64,000 bases of DNA from Candidatus Latescibacterota bacterium (GTDB taxonomy: Bacteria; Latescibacterota; UBA2968), in contig OZ242010.1 of NCBI GenBank assembly GCA_965204745.1, positions 2,464,001-2,528,000 of the forward strand. Direction: 5' to 3'. Shown here one piece after another: positions 10,442 through 21,231 of the stretch. The stretch's first letter is position 1, and every line of letters starts with the position of its first letter. The position numbers were made by a program, and so were the translations under genes. The notes below the pieces were generated by a model that saw nothing but the letters and a program-made list of their open reading frames with translations, made no database searches and had not been told where the DNA came from.

Positions 10442-12628
10442 ATGAAACAAATTCTCCAGTCCTATCGAACCGGTGAACTGTGGATGGCCGAAGTGCCGGT
10501 ACCCACATGTGGTCGCGGTGGTGTGCTGATCAGAACGCGATCTAGCGTGGTTTCAGCCGGTACGGAAAGGATCGCGCGGACGCTTGCCAAAAAGAGCCTA
10601 ATCGGCAAGGCGCGGGCGCGTCCCGATTTGGTCAGACAGGTGCTCAAGAAAGTGAAAACCGAAGGGATCAAGCCCGCAATGGAACAGGTCTTTGCCCGAC
10701 TCGACGAGCCGATCAGTCTCGGCTATTCCGCCGCAGGCGATGTCGTCGAGATTGGGTGCGAAGCTATCGGATTCCAACCCGGTGACCGCGTGGCAATGGC
10801 CGGCGCGGGTTACGCGGCACACGCCGAGTTCAACTTTGTTCCTCGGAACCTGTGCGCGAAAATTCCCGAAGGCGTCTCATACCCGGACGCTGCCTTTGCA
10901 ACCATTGGCGCAGTCGCCCTACAAGGTGTGCGTCAGGCCCAGCCCTTGATCGGGGAGCGGGTCGCAGTCATCGGCTTGGGGTTGCTCGGCTTATTGACCG
11001 TGCAAATCCTGAAAGCCAATGGTTGCGCCGTGCTGGGGTTTGATCTATGCGAAGAACGGGTGGCACTCGCCGGGAAGTTGGGGGCAGATGTTGCGGTAAG
11101 TGCCAATCCCGAAAAAGCCTGCGACGCATTCACCGGGGGGCGCGGTGCCGATGCCGTCATTATCACTGCGGCCACGCCCAGTAGCGAACCAGTCATACAT
11201 GCCGCCGAGATGTCTCGACACAAGGGCCGCGTGATCGCTGTCGGAACAGTGGGCATGAATGTGCCACGCGAGGCATTTTATCGCAAAGAACTCGACATGC
11301 GCTTGTCGATGTCCTACGGCCCGGGGCGATACGATCCCGCTTATGAAGAACGGGGGCACGACTACCCGTTCGCATATGTGCGCTTCACCGAGCAACGCAA
11401 CCTGGAGAGCTTTTTGTATTTGGTGCAACAGGGCAAGGTGACGCCCGCGGCATTGGTGACGCATCGCTTGGCTTTTGAAAACGCGCTCGACGCTTACGCG
11501 CTGATAGAGGGCAAGTTGCCCAAGGGCAACGCGCTCGATCCCAAGTACCTCGGTATTCTGTTGGAATACGCAAAAGACGCGCCATTGGAACGCACGGTAC
11601 ATCGCGGCGATGCAGTCGGTTCGGGTGGCAACGAGATCGGCGCAGGCTTCATCGGCGCAGGCAATTTCGCCAGGGGCGTCTTGCTACCGCACCTGACCAA
11701 ACTGCGCGGCGTCGAGTTGACGGGTGTTTGCACGAGCACCGGCAAAAGCGCGCAACAGACCGCACAGCAATTCAAGTTCGGCCTGGCGACAACTGATCCA
11801 GCGGCATTGCTCGAAGATGGCGATATCGACGCCGTGTTCATCGCCACGCGGCACGACAACCACGCATCTTTGGTCAGCGCGGCATTGCGCGCAGCCAAGC
11901 ATGTTTTCGTCGAAAAACCGCTTTGCATCCGCGAAGCCGAACTCGACGAAATCGAACAAGCACTCAAAGACGGCCGCGATGCCGGGCAACAGCCGTGTCT
12001 GATGGTCGGCTTCAACCGCCGCTTCTCGCCCCATGCGCGTGCATTGCAAGCCGCGTTCGAGAACCGCACCATTCCGATGGTGGTGAGCTACCGCGTCAAT
12101 GCCGGGCGCGTTCCTGCGGAGAGTTGGATTCGCGATCCCGCCGAAGGCGGCGGGCGCATCATCGGCGAATGTTGCCATTTTGTCGATTTTTGTACGGCAC
12201 TGATCGGTAGCGCGCCTGCGACCGTGACCGCCAACAGCATTTCCTCGGATCGTTGCGCCATCGCATCCTCAGACTCCGTCGTCATCACCATCCAATACGC
12301 CGATGGCTCGCTGGCGACCATTCAATACCTGGCCGAAGGCCACGAGGACATGCCGAAAGAGCGTTGCGAGGTATTCGCAGATGGCAAGAGCGCGGTCATG
12401 GACGACTTCCGCACGACCCAGTTCTATGGCGGGGGCAGAAACGTGCGCGGCAAGCAAGCCAAGGGCTTTGCCGAAGAATTGCGCGCTTTCCTCGATGTCT
12501 GCCGCAACGGCGGTGCTTGGCCCATCTCTTGGCAGAGTCTGGTCGGCACGCACCGCGTATGCTTCGGGGCCATGCGTAGTCTTGAAAATGGGCAGATTGT
12601 ACACATCGAATCCCGTTCCGTTCTTTAG
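10442..12628 (+). CDS. Bi-domain oxidoreductase (Zn-ADH-like + Gfo/Idh/MocA) of polysaccharide loci
   Basis: SAGTE, LGYSAAG, GLGLLG and SYGPGRYD in the N-half; GAGNFA, EKP and GFNRRF in the C-half. Confidence 0.85.
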   Translation: MKQILQSYRTGELWMAEVPVPTCGRGGVLIRTRSSVVSAGTERIARTLAKKSLIGKARARPDLVRQVLKKVKTEGIKPAMEQVFARLDEPISLGYSAAGDVVEIGCEAIGFQPGDRVAMAGAGYAAHAEFNFVPRNLCAKIPEGVSYPDAAFATIGAVALQGVRQAQPLIGERVAVIGLGLLGLLTVQILKANGCAVLGFDLCEERVALAGKLGADVAVSANPEKACDAFTGGRGADAVIITAATPSSEPVIHAAEMSRHKGRVIAVGTVGMNVPREAFYRKELDMRLSMSYGPGRYDPAYEERGHDYPFAYVRFTEQRNLESFLYLVQQGKVTPAALVTHRLAFENALDAYALIEGKLPKGNALDPKYLGILLEYAKDAPLERTVHRGDAVGSGGNEIGAGFIGAGNFARGVLLPHLTKLRGVELTGVCTSTGKSAQQTAQQFKFGLATTDPAALLEDGDIDAVFIATRHDNHASLVSAALRAAKHVFVEKPLCIREAELDEIEQALKDGRDAGQQPCLMVGFNRRFSPHARALQAAFENRTIPMVVSYRVNAGRVPAESWIRDPAEGGGRIIGECCHFVDFCTALIGSAPATVTANSISSDRCAIASSDSVVITIQYADGSLATIQYLAEGHEDMPKERCEVFADGKSAVMDDFRTTQFYGGGRNVRGKQAKGFAEELRAFLDVCRNGGAWPISWQSLVGTHRVCFGAMRSLENGQIVHIESRSVL

Positions 12629-12725
12629 ATTATACGACCAAGGTTCAACTGCTACCTTTAGCCATAAACCTACCGACTTTCCCACCCTCCCTTACTCAGT
12701 CTAATCCGTTTGCCAGAGTTCATTT

Positions 12726-14462
12726 ATGAGCATTATTTTGGGAATCAACGCATTCCACGCGGGCGCGGCTACCGCCTTGGTCATCAACGGCGAACCCGTA
12801 GTCGCCATTGCGGAAGAGCGGCTCAACAGGGTAAAGTACTATGCTGGCTTTCCCGCACTTTCCATTCAACGCTGTCTCGAGTACGCGGGCTTGACCTTTT
12901 CGGATATCGACGCGGTGGCTATAGGCCGCGACAAATCAGCCAATCGCGTTCAGAAATTGACCTATGTTGCACAACACCCCAGTAAACTCCTAAATTTCGC
13001 CAAGTTGCGGTCAGCGCGATCAGCACTCGACGACCTCAAGAGTCAGATAGTCGCCCACTGTGGCGCGAATCGGGACCAACTCCGCTTTGAACAGTACAAT
13101 GTCGAACATCACATAGCCCACGCGGCAAGTGCCTATTTCATCTCGCCCTGGGAGCGGGCGACGGGCCTGACAGTAGATGGTTCCGGTGATTTTGTCACTT
13201 GTTTGATGACAGAATGCGTGGGGGCCGAAATCCGAATCGAGCACCGCATCTACGTGCCCCAGTCACTCGGTTCTCTGTACACGATGGTATGCGAATTTAT
13301 TGGTTATGATCGCTACGGCGACGAGGGCAAGGTGATGGGCTTGGCCCCCTTGGGGGAGGACGCATATCGGGATGCGTTCGCGGATATGATCGAAACGACC
13401 TCCGTTGGCATGCGTTTGAACCTGAAATACTTCCTGCCATTCGGTTCCAATCAGGGCATCTCTATCGCCGACGATGGCACGATGAAACTGGATCGGCACT
13501 ATTCGGACGAGATGGTGAAGCGATTTGGCACGCCCCGGCAACGCGGTGCGGCAATCACGCAACGCGATCAGAATCTCGCCTGTGGCCTCCAAGCGCGTTT
13601 CGAGGAGGTCTATGTGCATCTGCTTCGCTTGGCCCATCAGAACGCGCCGAATGATCGCGTTTGCCTCGCGGGTGGTTGCACGCTTAACAGCGTGGCAAAT
13701 GGCAAGTTGTTTGACGAGACCCCATTTAGGGAGACGGTGATTCAGCCGGCCGCAGGCGACGATGGCCTCGCCCTTGGGGCAGCCCTCTACGTGAGCAATT
13801 CCTTAAAAAAAGAGGACAGGCGGTGGGTGATGTCCAACGCATTTCTGGGACCCGAGTATTCACACGAGACGATGAAGCGCGTATTGGAGAACAAAGGAAT
13901 AACCTATCGCAAGCTAAACCGCGATGAACTTCTCAACGAGACAGCCGAGGAGATCGAGCGCGGGTGTGTCGTGGGGTGGTTTCAGGGCCGTAGCGAATGG
14001 GGGCCGCGGGCATTGGGGAACCGTTCTATCCTCGCACATCCTGGCCTGCCCGATATGAAGGATGTCCTCAATGCGCGGATCAAGCATCGCGAGGCGTTCA
14101 GGCCGTTCGCGCCTTCGGTCCTCGCGGAAAGGCAATCCGAAATATTTGAACGGGATCACCCATCCCCATTCATGTTGCACGTCTATAAAATTCGCTCTCC
14201 GTGGCGGGAACGCCTGTGCGCGGTCAATCACGTAGATGACACGGGACGTCTCCAAAGCGTGTCACGCGAAGACAATCCTCTCTATTACGATCTCATTCGG
14301 ACATTTGAAGCGCGAACCGATATCCCTGTCATTCTCAACACGAGTTTCAACGAGAATGAGCCAATCGTCGAGCACCCGGCCGAGGCAGTTGATTGCTTCA
14401 TCCGCACGAAGATGGATGTGCTGGTGCTCGGCCCCTACTTCTGTCGCAAGGACGATTCATGA
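12726..14462 (+). CDS. Carbamoyltransferase (NodU/CmcH family)
   Basis: EEER, HHIAHA, DGSGD, EGKVMGLA, GPRALGNRSIL, REAFRPFAPSV, LNTSFN. Confidence 0.92.
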   Translation: MSIILGINAFHAGAATALVINGEPVVAIAEERLNRVKYYAGFPALSIQRCLEYAGLTFSDIDAVAIGRDKSANRVQKLTYVAQHPSKLLNFAKLRSARSALDDLKSQIVAHCGANRDQLRFEQYNVEHHIAHAASAYFISPWERATGLTVDGSGDFVTCLMTECVGAEIRIEHRIYVPQSLGSLYTMVCEFIGYDRYGDEGKVMGLAPLGEDAYRDAFADMIETTSVGMRLNLKYFLPFGSNQGISIADDGTMKLDRHYSDEMVKRFGTPRQRGAAITQRDQNLACGLQARFEEVYVHLLRLAHQNAPNDRVCLAGGCTLNSVANGKLFDETPFRETVIQPAAGDDGLALGAALYVSNSLKKEDRRWVMSNAFLGPEYSHETMKRVLENKGITYRKLNRDELLNETAEEIERGCVVGWFQGRSEWGPRALGNRSILAHPGLPDMKDVLNARIKHREAFRPFAPSVLAERQSEIFERDHPSPFMLHVYKIRSPWRERLCAVNHVDDTGRLQSVSREDNPLYYDLIRTFEARTDIPVILNTSFNENEPIVEHPAEAVDCFIRTKMDVLVLGPYFCRKDDS

Positions 14463-15526
14463 GTGGTGGGATCGAGTCGAATTTGTCATCTCTGTACCGC
14501 GTGCGGGAGGTGTCGTCTTTGCGCGGCTTTGCAATCGAATGGCTATCGCCCGAGCGCGTCCTGTTTTCAAAGCGAAATATCTTGTACGAGTCCGACGGGG
14601 TAGGTCACAGTTCGATGCGCCGCGTTGGCGCGATCTCTCAACCATTGTGGCGGGTGCTCGCTATTCGTTGGCGTCTGGTACAAAGGGCGTTGCGGCAGAT
14701 GTTCTACAATGTGTTGCCCTTGGCTGACGGTTCGATTTTTGTCACCTACGCCAAGGAAGTTGGGGTGTTTCGAGATGGCGCCTATCACCGGCTAAAGGGA
14801 CTCGTCCGACCTTGCCGGGTATTGCGCGGAGCAACCGCAGTCGCCGAAGACGGGCGGGTTTTCTTTGGAGAATATCTGGACAACGCCGAACGCGGGCCAG
14901 TGCGGATCTATCGGTACCTTCCGGGCGATGAAGACGTCAGCGTGGTGTACACCTTTCCGGCAGGGGCCATCCGCCATGTTCATGGGATCTATCGCGATCC
15001 GGTTGACCGTTGCCTGTGGTGTCTCACTGGTGATATGGGTCACGAGGCACGCATTCTGATTACGGATGATGGCTTTGAGACGCTGACGACAATCGGTTCG
15101 GGAGATGAAAGCTGGCGTGCGGTGAGCGTCCTGTTCACCCGCGATGCAATCTGGTACGCGATGGATGCGGAATTTACCTATAATAAGGTATTCCGCATCG
15201 ACCGGGCGACGCGACAGCGTTCGAACAAAGGTGCGATTGACGGCCCCGTCTATTATTCGGTCAAGTGGCGCGAAAACTTGTTCTTCGCCGTAACGGCGGA
15301 ACTTTGTCCGAGTCAGGACGGAAAATCGGCTACTCTCTGGACGGTCATGGATGATGCCTTAGAGCGGGTGGTGAGTTTTGACAAGGACCGATGGCCGGTG
15401 AAGTTGCTACCGGGTACACTACACTTCCCACTCGGGCCCGGCGTAGAGGACGGCCTTTACTTCCAAGGTGTGGCCCTCGAGAATGCCGATGCTCGATGCT
15501 TTTGCGTAGAACTTGTCACGGGATAA
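14459..15526 (+). CDS. Hypothetical beta-propeller-like protein of polysaccharide loci
   Basis: ATGA overlap with upstream gene; FGEY, IRHVHG and TGD motifs. Confidence 0.6.
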   Translation: MSGGIESNLSSLYRVREVSSLRGFAIEWLSPERVLFSKRNILYESDGVGHSSMRRVGAISQPLWRVLAIRWRLVQRALRQMFYNVLPLADGSIFVTYAKEVGVFRDGAYHRLKGLVRPCRVLRGATAVAEDGRVFFGEYLDNAERGPVRIYRYLPGDEDVSVVYTFPAGAIRHVHGIYRDPVDRCLWCLTGDMGHEARILITDDGFETLTTIGSGDESWRAVSVLFTRDAIWYAMDAEFTYNKVFRIDRATRQRSNKGAIDGPVYYSVKWRENLFFAVTAELCPSQDGKSATLWTVMDDALERVVSFDKDRWPVKLLPGTLHFPLGPGVEDGLYFQGVALENADARCFCVELVTG

Positions 15527-15712
15527 TATATACTGTTGCGATACCTCCGACGGGAGGGAACGGTGACGACAACCACCGGCCTAAACTTGGAGACTACATG
15601 GCACTCATATCCTGGCAGAGTCTGGCGGCACGCGTCGCGTATGTTTTGGGGCCATGCGTCGTCTCCTAGACCGGCGAGAGGGTCAACGTTTCGTTCCGCG
15701 TTCGCAAACGTG

Positions 15713-16462
15713 ATGGGAATTGAAATGTTCAGAATGAGCGAGGCTATAAATTGGCTGGACCAATGCCTCTACCCTGCATTTTCCGACCAGTGGGATAATA
15801 CGCTATTTCGACATGAGATACGCAAGTATCTCAATTCGTCGACAGTTTTGTTGGATCTGGGAGCCGGTGCTGGCATTCTCCCTCAAATGGATTTCAGGGA
15901 TCACTGCGGTTTGGCCTGCGGCGTGGATATCGAGCCATCAGTCCTCGACAACCCATTTCTTCATGAAGCCCGCGTCGGCAACATCGAGCAACTTCCTTGG
16001 GCGAAAAATACCTTCGACGTCGTCATCTCGAACAATGTCTTGGAGCACTTGTCGCAACCTGCAACGGCGTTCTCGGAAGTGTATAGGGTTCTGAAACCGG
16101 GGGGTATATTTTTCATCAAGACCCCAAATTGCCTGCACTATGTGGCATTGCTGGCGCGTTGCACCCCGCATCGTTTTCACGAATGGTTCAACCAAAAGCG
16201 AGGACGGGCGTCAAAAGACACTTTCCCTACATTTTACAAGGTTAATCGTTCTGGGCGTATCCGTCAATGCTGTCTCTCCGCCGGTCTTCTCGTGGAAGAC
16301 ATCCGCCATATAGAGGGGCGGCCCGAATATCTCCGCTTTTCAGTTCCAAGCTACTTGCTTGGAACTTGCTATGAGCGTTTGGTGAACAGCACGCGACTCC
16401 TGTCCTCTTTCCGTGCGGTTCTCATCGCGGTGATGCGAAAACCCATGCCCCCTAGAGAGTAG
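15713..16462 (+). CDS. Class I SAM-dependent methyltransferase
   Basis: LLDLGAGAG, FDVVISNNVLEH and RVLKPGG; start uncertain (15713/15725/15734). Confidence 0.85.
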   Translation: MGIEMFRMSEAINWLDQCLYPAFSDQWDNTLFRHEIRKYLNSSTVLLDLGAGAGILPQMDFRDHCGLACGVDIEPSVLDNPFLHEARVGNIEQLPWAKNTFDVVISNNVLEHLSQPATAFSEVYRVLKPGGIFFIKTPNCLHYVALLARCTPHRFHEWFNQKRGRASKDTFPTFYKVNRSGRIRQCCLSAGLLVEDIRHIEGRPEYLRFSVPSYLLGTCYERLVNSTRLLSSFRAVLIAVMRKPMPPRE

Positions 16463-16504
16463 GGTCTGGCGGCTTTGCCATCTGTCTAAGGAGAGTATCA
16501 TTTC

Positions 16505-18151
16505 TTGTCCTTCACGCGCTTCCTGAGAACGATTCGGCATCTGCAAACTCGCCAACTTGCATATCAGATCTTCTATCGGCTTCCGAGGAAACATCGCAGA
16601 TGTCCTGTCGGAGCAGAGCCGATGCCGAGACTGCGCTGGTCTCGAGAGGTGGACTTTCCCGTGCAAATGGGCGTCACCGCCAATGATCGGCAATCTATCC
16701 TGTCGGGTTCTCTTTCCTTCCTCAACCGGCGCGAGATGGTCGGTTTTCCCCCAGACTGGAAGCGTGCAGATTTGCCGCTGTTGTGGCTCTACAATCTGCA
16801 CTACCACGAGTTTTTGTGGCAATTGGATTTTGAGCAGGCGCGAGAGGTCGTTCAGGATTGGGTCGCAAACCACGGGCCAGGGACAGTGCAAATGGGTTGG
16901 GAAGCCTATCCGACCTCGCTACGGATCGCCAACTGGTGCATGGTCTTCTTTGGTCGCTACCGCGCACAGACGCTGAGGGATGAACAGTTTTGCGCTGTGC
17001 TGTGGGCGAGTATCTGCGATCAAGCGGAGCACTTGCGGCGAAACTTGGAGTGGCATTTATTGGGCAACCACTTGTTGGAGAACGCGGTGGCCCTCGCACT
17101 GGTGGGGAGTTGCTTCGCGCATCCGGTTGCCGAGGCGTGGTTCGAGAAAGGTTGCGCGATTCTGGATCGGGAATTGCCCGAGCAGATCCTCTCGGATGGC
17201 GGGCACATCGAACGCTCGCCGATGTACCAATGTCGGGTGCTCTACGCGCTTTTGCTTTTGAGCGCGACTGGAGATGGTATATTGAAAGAACGGGTGAGAC
17301 CGTATCTCAAGCCTCTGGCGAGGTCGCTCGCCGCCCTGACCCATCCCGATGGCGGCATCGCACTGCTCAACGACAGTGCGATTGGCATTTACCCGGCGCC
17401 GCGAGCATTGATGAAAAGAGCCGGCGTAAAATCGCCGCAACCCAGGTCCTTCGCGCTTGCCGAAAGCGGCTACTACGGTGCCCGGACCAGCGATGGGAAC
17501 TATATCATCTGCGACTCAGGGGCCATTGGCCCGGATTACCAGCCCGGGCATGGGCATGCCGATTTGTTCTCATTCGAGCTTTCGTTGCAAGGTGCGCGGG
17601 TGGTGGTCGATAGCGGCGTCTCCACATACCAGGCCGGCCCAATGCGCGACTACTGCCGCTCGACACGCGCCCACAACACAGTGGAGATAGAAGGGCGAGA
17701 TCAAGTGGAGTTATGGGTTGCATTTCGGGTGGGGCGGCGATGTTGCCCCCGCGATGTCAAGTGGAAGGATTTGGGAGATGGCTTTGCGTTGTCAGGACAA
17801 CACGACGGGTATCGGCATCGGCCGGGGCGCCCAATCCATGCACGCACCTTTCGCTGGCACCACCAAGGCCGGCTCGAGATCCGCGACCGAGTAGAATCAA
17901 AGCGTCCCCTGCGATCTGTTGCCAGACTCCATTTTCACCCGGATTGTCGCATCCACGCCCTCGACAGTGCGACTTGCACATTGTACTTTCCCGGTGGACG
18001 AGCGCGAATCGCGTGGTCGGGGTGGGAAAACGTTGCGGAGGCTGAATCTTTCTACTGCCCGGAGTTCGGCATCGAACTTTCCAACCCATGTCTGGCGTTC
18101 TCGAGTTTTGTTGCAAGCCTTGATGGGACGATTCAAATGGAGCTATTGTAG
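16505..18151 (+). CDS. Heparinase II/III-like (alginate lyase family) protein
   Basis: LWLYNLHY, GNHLLEN, DGGHIERSPMY, GHGHAD and RSTRAHNTV; TTG start with AAGGAG RBS. Confidence 0.88.
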   Translation: MSFTRFLRTIRHLQTRQLAYQIFYRLPRKHRRCPVGAEPMPRLRWSREVDFPVQMGVTANDRQSILSGSLSFLNRREMVGFPPDWKRADLPLLWLYNLHYHEFLWQLDFEQAREVVQDWVANHGPGTVQMGWEAYPTSLRIANWCMVFFGRYRAQTLRDEQFCAVLWASICDQAEHLRRNLEWHLLGNHLLENAVALALVGSCFAHPVAEAWFEKGCAILDRELPEQILSDGGHIERSPMYQCRVLYALLLLSATGDGILKERVRPYLKPLARSLAALTHPDGGIALLNDSAIGIYPAPRALMKRAGVKSPQPRSFALAESGYYGARTSDGNYIICDSGAIGPDYQPGHGHADLFSFELSLQGARVVVDSGVSTYQAGPMRDYCRSTRAHNTVEIEGRDQVELWVAFRVGRRCCPRDVKWKDLGDGFALSGQHDGYRHRPGRPIHARTFRWHHQGRLEIRDRVESKRPLRSVARLHFHPDCRIHALDSATCTLYFPGGRARIAWSGWENVAEAESFYCPEFGIELSNPCLAFSSFVASLDGTIQMELL

Positions 18152-18154
18152 CGC

Positions 18155-19432
18155 ATGCGTATCCTCTTTATCTCGCAGTATTTCCCCCCGGAAATGGGCG
18201 CGCCTGCCACGCGTACGTATGAATTGTGCAAAGCGTGGGTGCAAAGCGGGCACGATGTTACGGTTTTAACCGCATTCCCGCATCATCCCACGGGCATTGT
18301 GCCCCCGTATTATCGCCGAAAAATTTTTTTGCGCGAAAAGGTCAAAGGGATTAACTTAGTGAGAACTTATGTTTATGCGACTGCCAACAAAGGCTTTCTC
18401 AAAAGAACGCTGAGTTACATTTCCTTTATGCTATCCGCTGTATTTTTTTCCTCTTTTATCAAGTGCAATCCGCAAGTCGTCATCGCGACTTCGCCCCAAT
18501 TTTTTGTTGCCATAGCGGGCTATCTCCTCAGCAGGCTCAAACGGCGGCCCTTTGTCTTTGAAGTGCGCGATTTATGGCCCGAATCCATTGTGGCGGTTGG
18601 CGCGCTCAAAAACCCTTGGCTCATTGGGGTGTTGAACAAAATCAGCTATTTTCTTTACAAAAAAGCTTCTCTGATTGTTGCAGTGGCCGAGTCAACGCGG
18701 GAAATTTTGGCGGGACGAGGGATTCCACGCGATAAAATTGAGGTCGTCCCCAATGGCATTGATACGGATTTATTTGCGAGGCAACGCGATTCGGAATCCG
18801 TGCGGCGGCAATATGGATTGGACAAAAAATTCATTATTTCCTATATTGGCACGCACGGGATGGCCCATGCCCTACAAAGCGTCTTGACGGTCGCCGTGCT
18901 TTTAAGAAAGCGAGAGGATATACATTTTCTTTTTGTTGGCGAAGGCGCGGAAAAGGACAACCTATTGCGCCGCAGGGATGTGGAACGCTTGGAAAATGTG
19001 ACTTTCTCAGGACAACAGGATCACGAGATGGTGCCGCTATTTCTCAAGGCTTCGGATGTTTCGCTCGTCCCACTTCGGGACACGGCTCTGTTTTCCGCTG
19101 TTCTGCCATCAAAGATATTCGAAATTATGGCGGCATCCCGACCGATTATCCTCAGTGTGAGAGGCGAAGCAAAGGCTTTGGTTGAAAGGGCGCGAGCCGG
19201 TTTGTGCGTAGAACCGGAAAACCCCGAAATGATGAAAGATGCAATCCTAAAATTGTACGAAAATCGCCAACTGGGGAAAACACTGGGAAGCAATGGCAAG
19301 CGTTTTGTCGAAGCGCGTTATGATCGCACGGAACTGGCCGCTCGGTACGCGCAGATCTTATGTGGGGTCTTGAAAACCGCATCTCAGTCGTTGAAAAACG
19401 GGCATCACATTTCTGGAAGGGAAAAAGCATGA
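18155..19432 (+). CDS. GT4 glycosyltransferase (WbuB-like)
   Basis: SQYFPPEMGA, TSPQFF, EVRDLWPES and PSKIFEIMA. Confidence 0.9.
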   Translation: MRILFISQYFPPEMGAPATRTYELCKAWVQSGHDVTVLTAFPHHPTGIVPPYYRRKIFLREKVKGINLVRTYVYATANKGFLKRTLSYISFMLSAVFFSSFIKCNPQVVIATSPQFFVAIAGYLLSRLKRRPFVFEVRDLWPESIVAVGALKNPWLIGVLNKISYFLYKKASLIVAVAESTREILAGRGIPRDKIEVVPNGIDTDLFARQRDSESVRRQYGLDKKFIISYIGTHGMAHALQSVLTVAVLLRKREDIHFLFVGEGAEKDNLLRRRDVERLENVTFSGQQDHEMVPLFLKASDVSLVPLRDTALFSAVLPSKIFEIMAASRPIILSVRGEAKALVERARAGLCVEPENPEMMKDAILKLYENRQLGKTLGSNGKRFVEARYDRTELAARYAQILCGVLKTASQSLKNGHHISGREKA

Positions 19433-20970
19433 ATCAAGTGGATCAATCAGAGCGTCCTGAACGAGATGAAGTTTATCTGCGTAAGTTTTTAAGCGATGTG
19501 TGGGCGGCGCGAAAGGCGGCACTCTGTGCGGTGATCACCGTCACGGTAGTTTATCTGGGCTTTTTTGCCTTCAAGTTATTTTCTAATCCACCCATCTTTA
19601 CGTATAGCTTGGTTATTGACTTTGTCTTTGAAGAAGCGAAGAAGGACCAGTATCCCAATAAGTCGCCGTTCTCTATCTCTGACCTCATTGCCCCCAACTT
19701 TCTAGCGGAGATATATACACTCAACGGACTATCCAGACGAGAAATGCCCAGGCGAAAATTTATGCACAATTTTAGGATTGTGCCCTATACACCAGCTTAC
19801 AAATTGGTCGCCAAAAAGTATGATGAGCTTTTGTCAACGAGAAATCTCCGTATATTGGAGTTTGAAGAACTACTAATGCTAGAAGATGATATGAAAAAGG
19901 AAATTAACCGATTACAAACCCGAGCGGCATTACTGTCCTTTCGAGCAGAATGGGGGGCCATAAGCCAAGACGCCGCAAAAAATATTCTGCTGAGTGTGCC
20001 GCAATACTGGGCAAATAAGATGGTCAACGAGTATGGTGTTTTGGAACTCGATGTTCAAATGTACTCCCCAGTGCTGTTTGATACACACCAATACGAAGAT
20101 TTTGATTACTTGGTCGCCTTAGATAAGATACAGACAAATATCATGCTCGTTTCCTACAGCATCGCAGAGTTGCTGACATTTCCCAACAGCCAGCGCGTGA
20201 CAGACGAAAAAACCGGTTACACTCTGCTCGATCTCCAAAAATTGGTCCAAGATATTGTCACCTATGATCTCAACCGACTATCGAGTTTTATTCAAGAACT
20301 GGGCATATCTTCCCACAAAGAGGCTGTAATACTCTATTACGAACATCAAATCAATAAACTCGACCGCGACAAGGAGTACCAAATTGAGCAAGCCGACTTG
20401 ATCAACCAAGCCCTAAGAGACTATAGCCTGCAACTAGGCAACGCGGACGAAACGCGCGTCGTCCGTGAAAACACCGTTGACATGGTTCAAGCAAGTGGGG
20501 ATTTTTTAGATCGGATCACGGAACTCGTCAAACAAAGCGAAGACCTGGAGTACAGGCAAAACTTGTACAACCGGTACATTCAGTACAAACAGGAATCGGC
20601 GAGAATAGATTATGAGATCGCCCAAAAGCAGGCACTCCTCAAGGCTTTGGGCGACGAACAAACAAAGCGTAATACACTCTTCGGGCACAGATACGAAGAA
20701 TCACTGATGCAAGAGCGTTTTCCAGTCATCCTGTCCAAGATGAGCGAATACATGGATATACTCAATCGCCTCCACAGCAAACTTAGCAAGGAAAATTTTG
20801 GGCACGACACAAAACTCTACCGAGTCGCAAATGTGGATGCAGTGAAAACCACAGGGATCATAATAAGCTCTATGGACAAGATCATTTTCGGCTTCTTGAT
20901 CTTTGGGGTCGCGTTTGTCACCGTCGTTGTCAAGCTGCTGATGACCCGGTCAAAAGAAAAATCAGACTGA
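19429..20970 (+). CDS. Wzz-like polysaccharide co-polymerase / chain-length determinant
   Basis: N- and C-terminal TM helices flanking a long helical, coiled-coil-like periplasmic region; no kinase domain; ATGA overlap. Confidence 0.6.
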   Translation: MNQVDQSERPERDEVYLRKFLSDVWAARKAALCAVITVTVVYLGFFAFKLFSNPPIFTYSLVIDFVFEEAKKDQYPNKSPFSISDLIAPNFLAEIYTLNGLSRREMPRRKFMHNFRIVPYTPAYKLVAKKYDELLSTRNLRILEFEELLMLEDDMKKEINRLQTRAALLSFRAEWGAISQDAAKNILLSVPQYWANKMVNEYGVLELDVQMYSPVLFDTHQYEDFDYLVALDKIQTNIMLVSYSIAELLTFPNSQRVTDEKTGYTLLDLQKLVQDIVTYDLNRLSSFIQELGISSHKEAVILYYEHQINKLDRDKEYQIEQADLINQALRDYSLQLGNADETRVVRENTVDMVQASGDFLDRITELVKQSEDLEYRQNLYNRYIQYKQESARIDYEIAQKQALLKALGDEQTKRNTLFGHRYEESLMQERFPVILSKMSEYMDILNRLHSKLSKENFGHDTKLYRVANVDAVKTTGIIISSMDKIIFGFLIFGVAFVTVVVKLLMTRSKEKSD

Positions 20971-20977
20971 ATCGGCG

Positions 20978-21231
20978 TTTGGATCTAAACTCATTTTGGA
21001 TCTAAACTCATTTTGGATCTAAACTCATTTTGGATCTAAACTCATTTTGGATCTAAACTCATTTTGGATCTAAACTCATTTTGGATCTAAACTCATTTTG
21101 GATCTAAACTCATTTTGGATCTAAACTCATTTTGGATCTAAACTCATTTTGGATCTAAACTCATTTTGGATCTAAACTCATTTTGGATCTAAACTCATTT
21201 TGGATCTAAACTCATTTTGGATCTAAACTCA
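20978..21231. repeat. Perfect 17-bp tandem repeat (GGATCTAAACTCATTTT), about 15 copies
   Basis: Units start at 20981+17n up to 21219; the last unit is truncated at the ATG at 21232. Confidence 0.97.

Noticed and set aside
20978-21231. CRISPR array or N-terminal coding extension
   Set aside because: No spacers; the 17-bp period places TAA in all three frames
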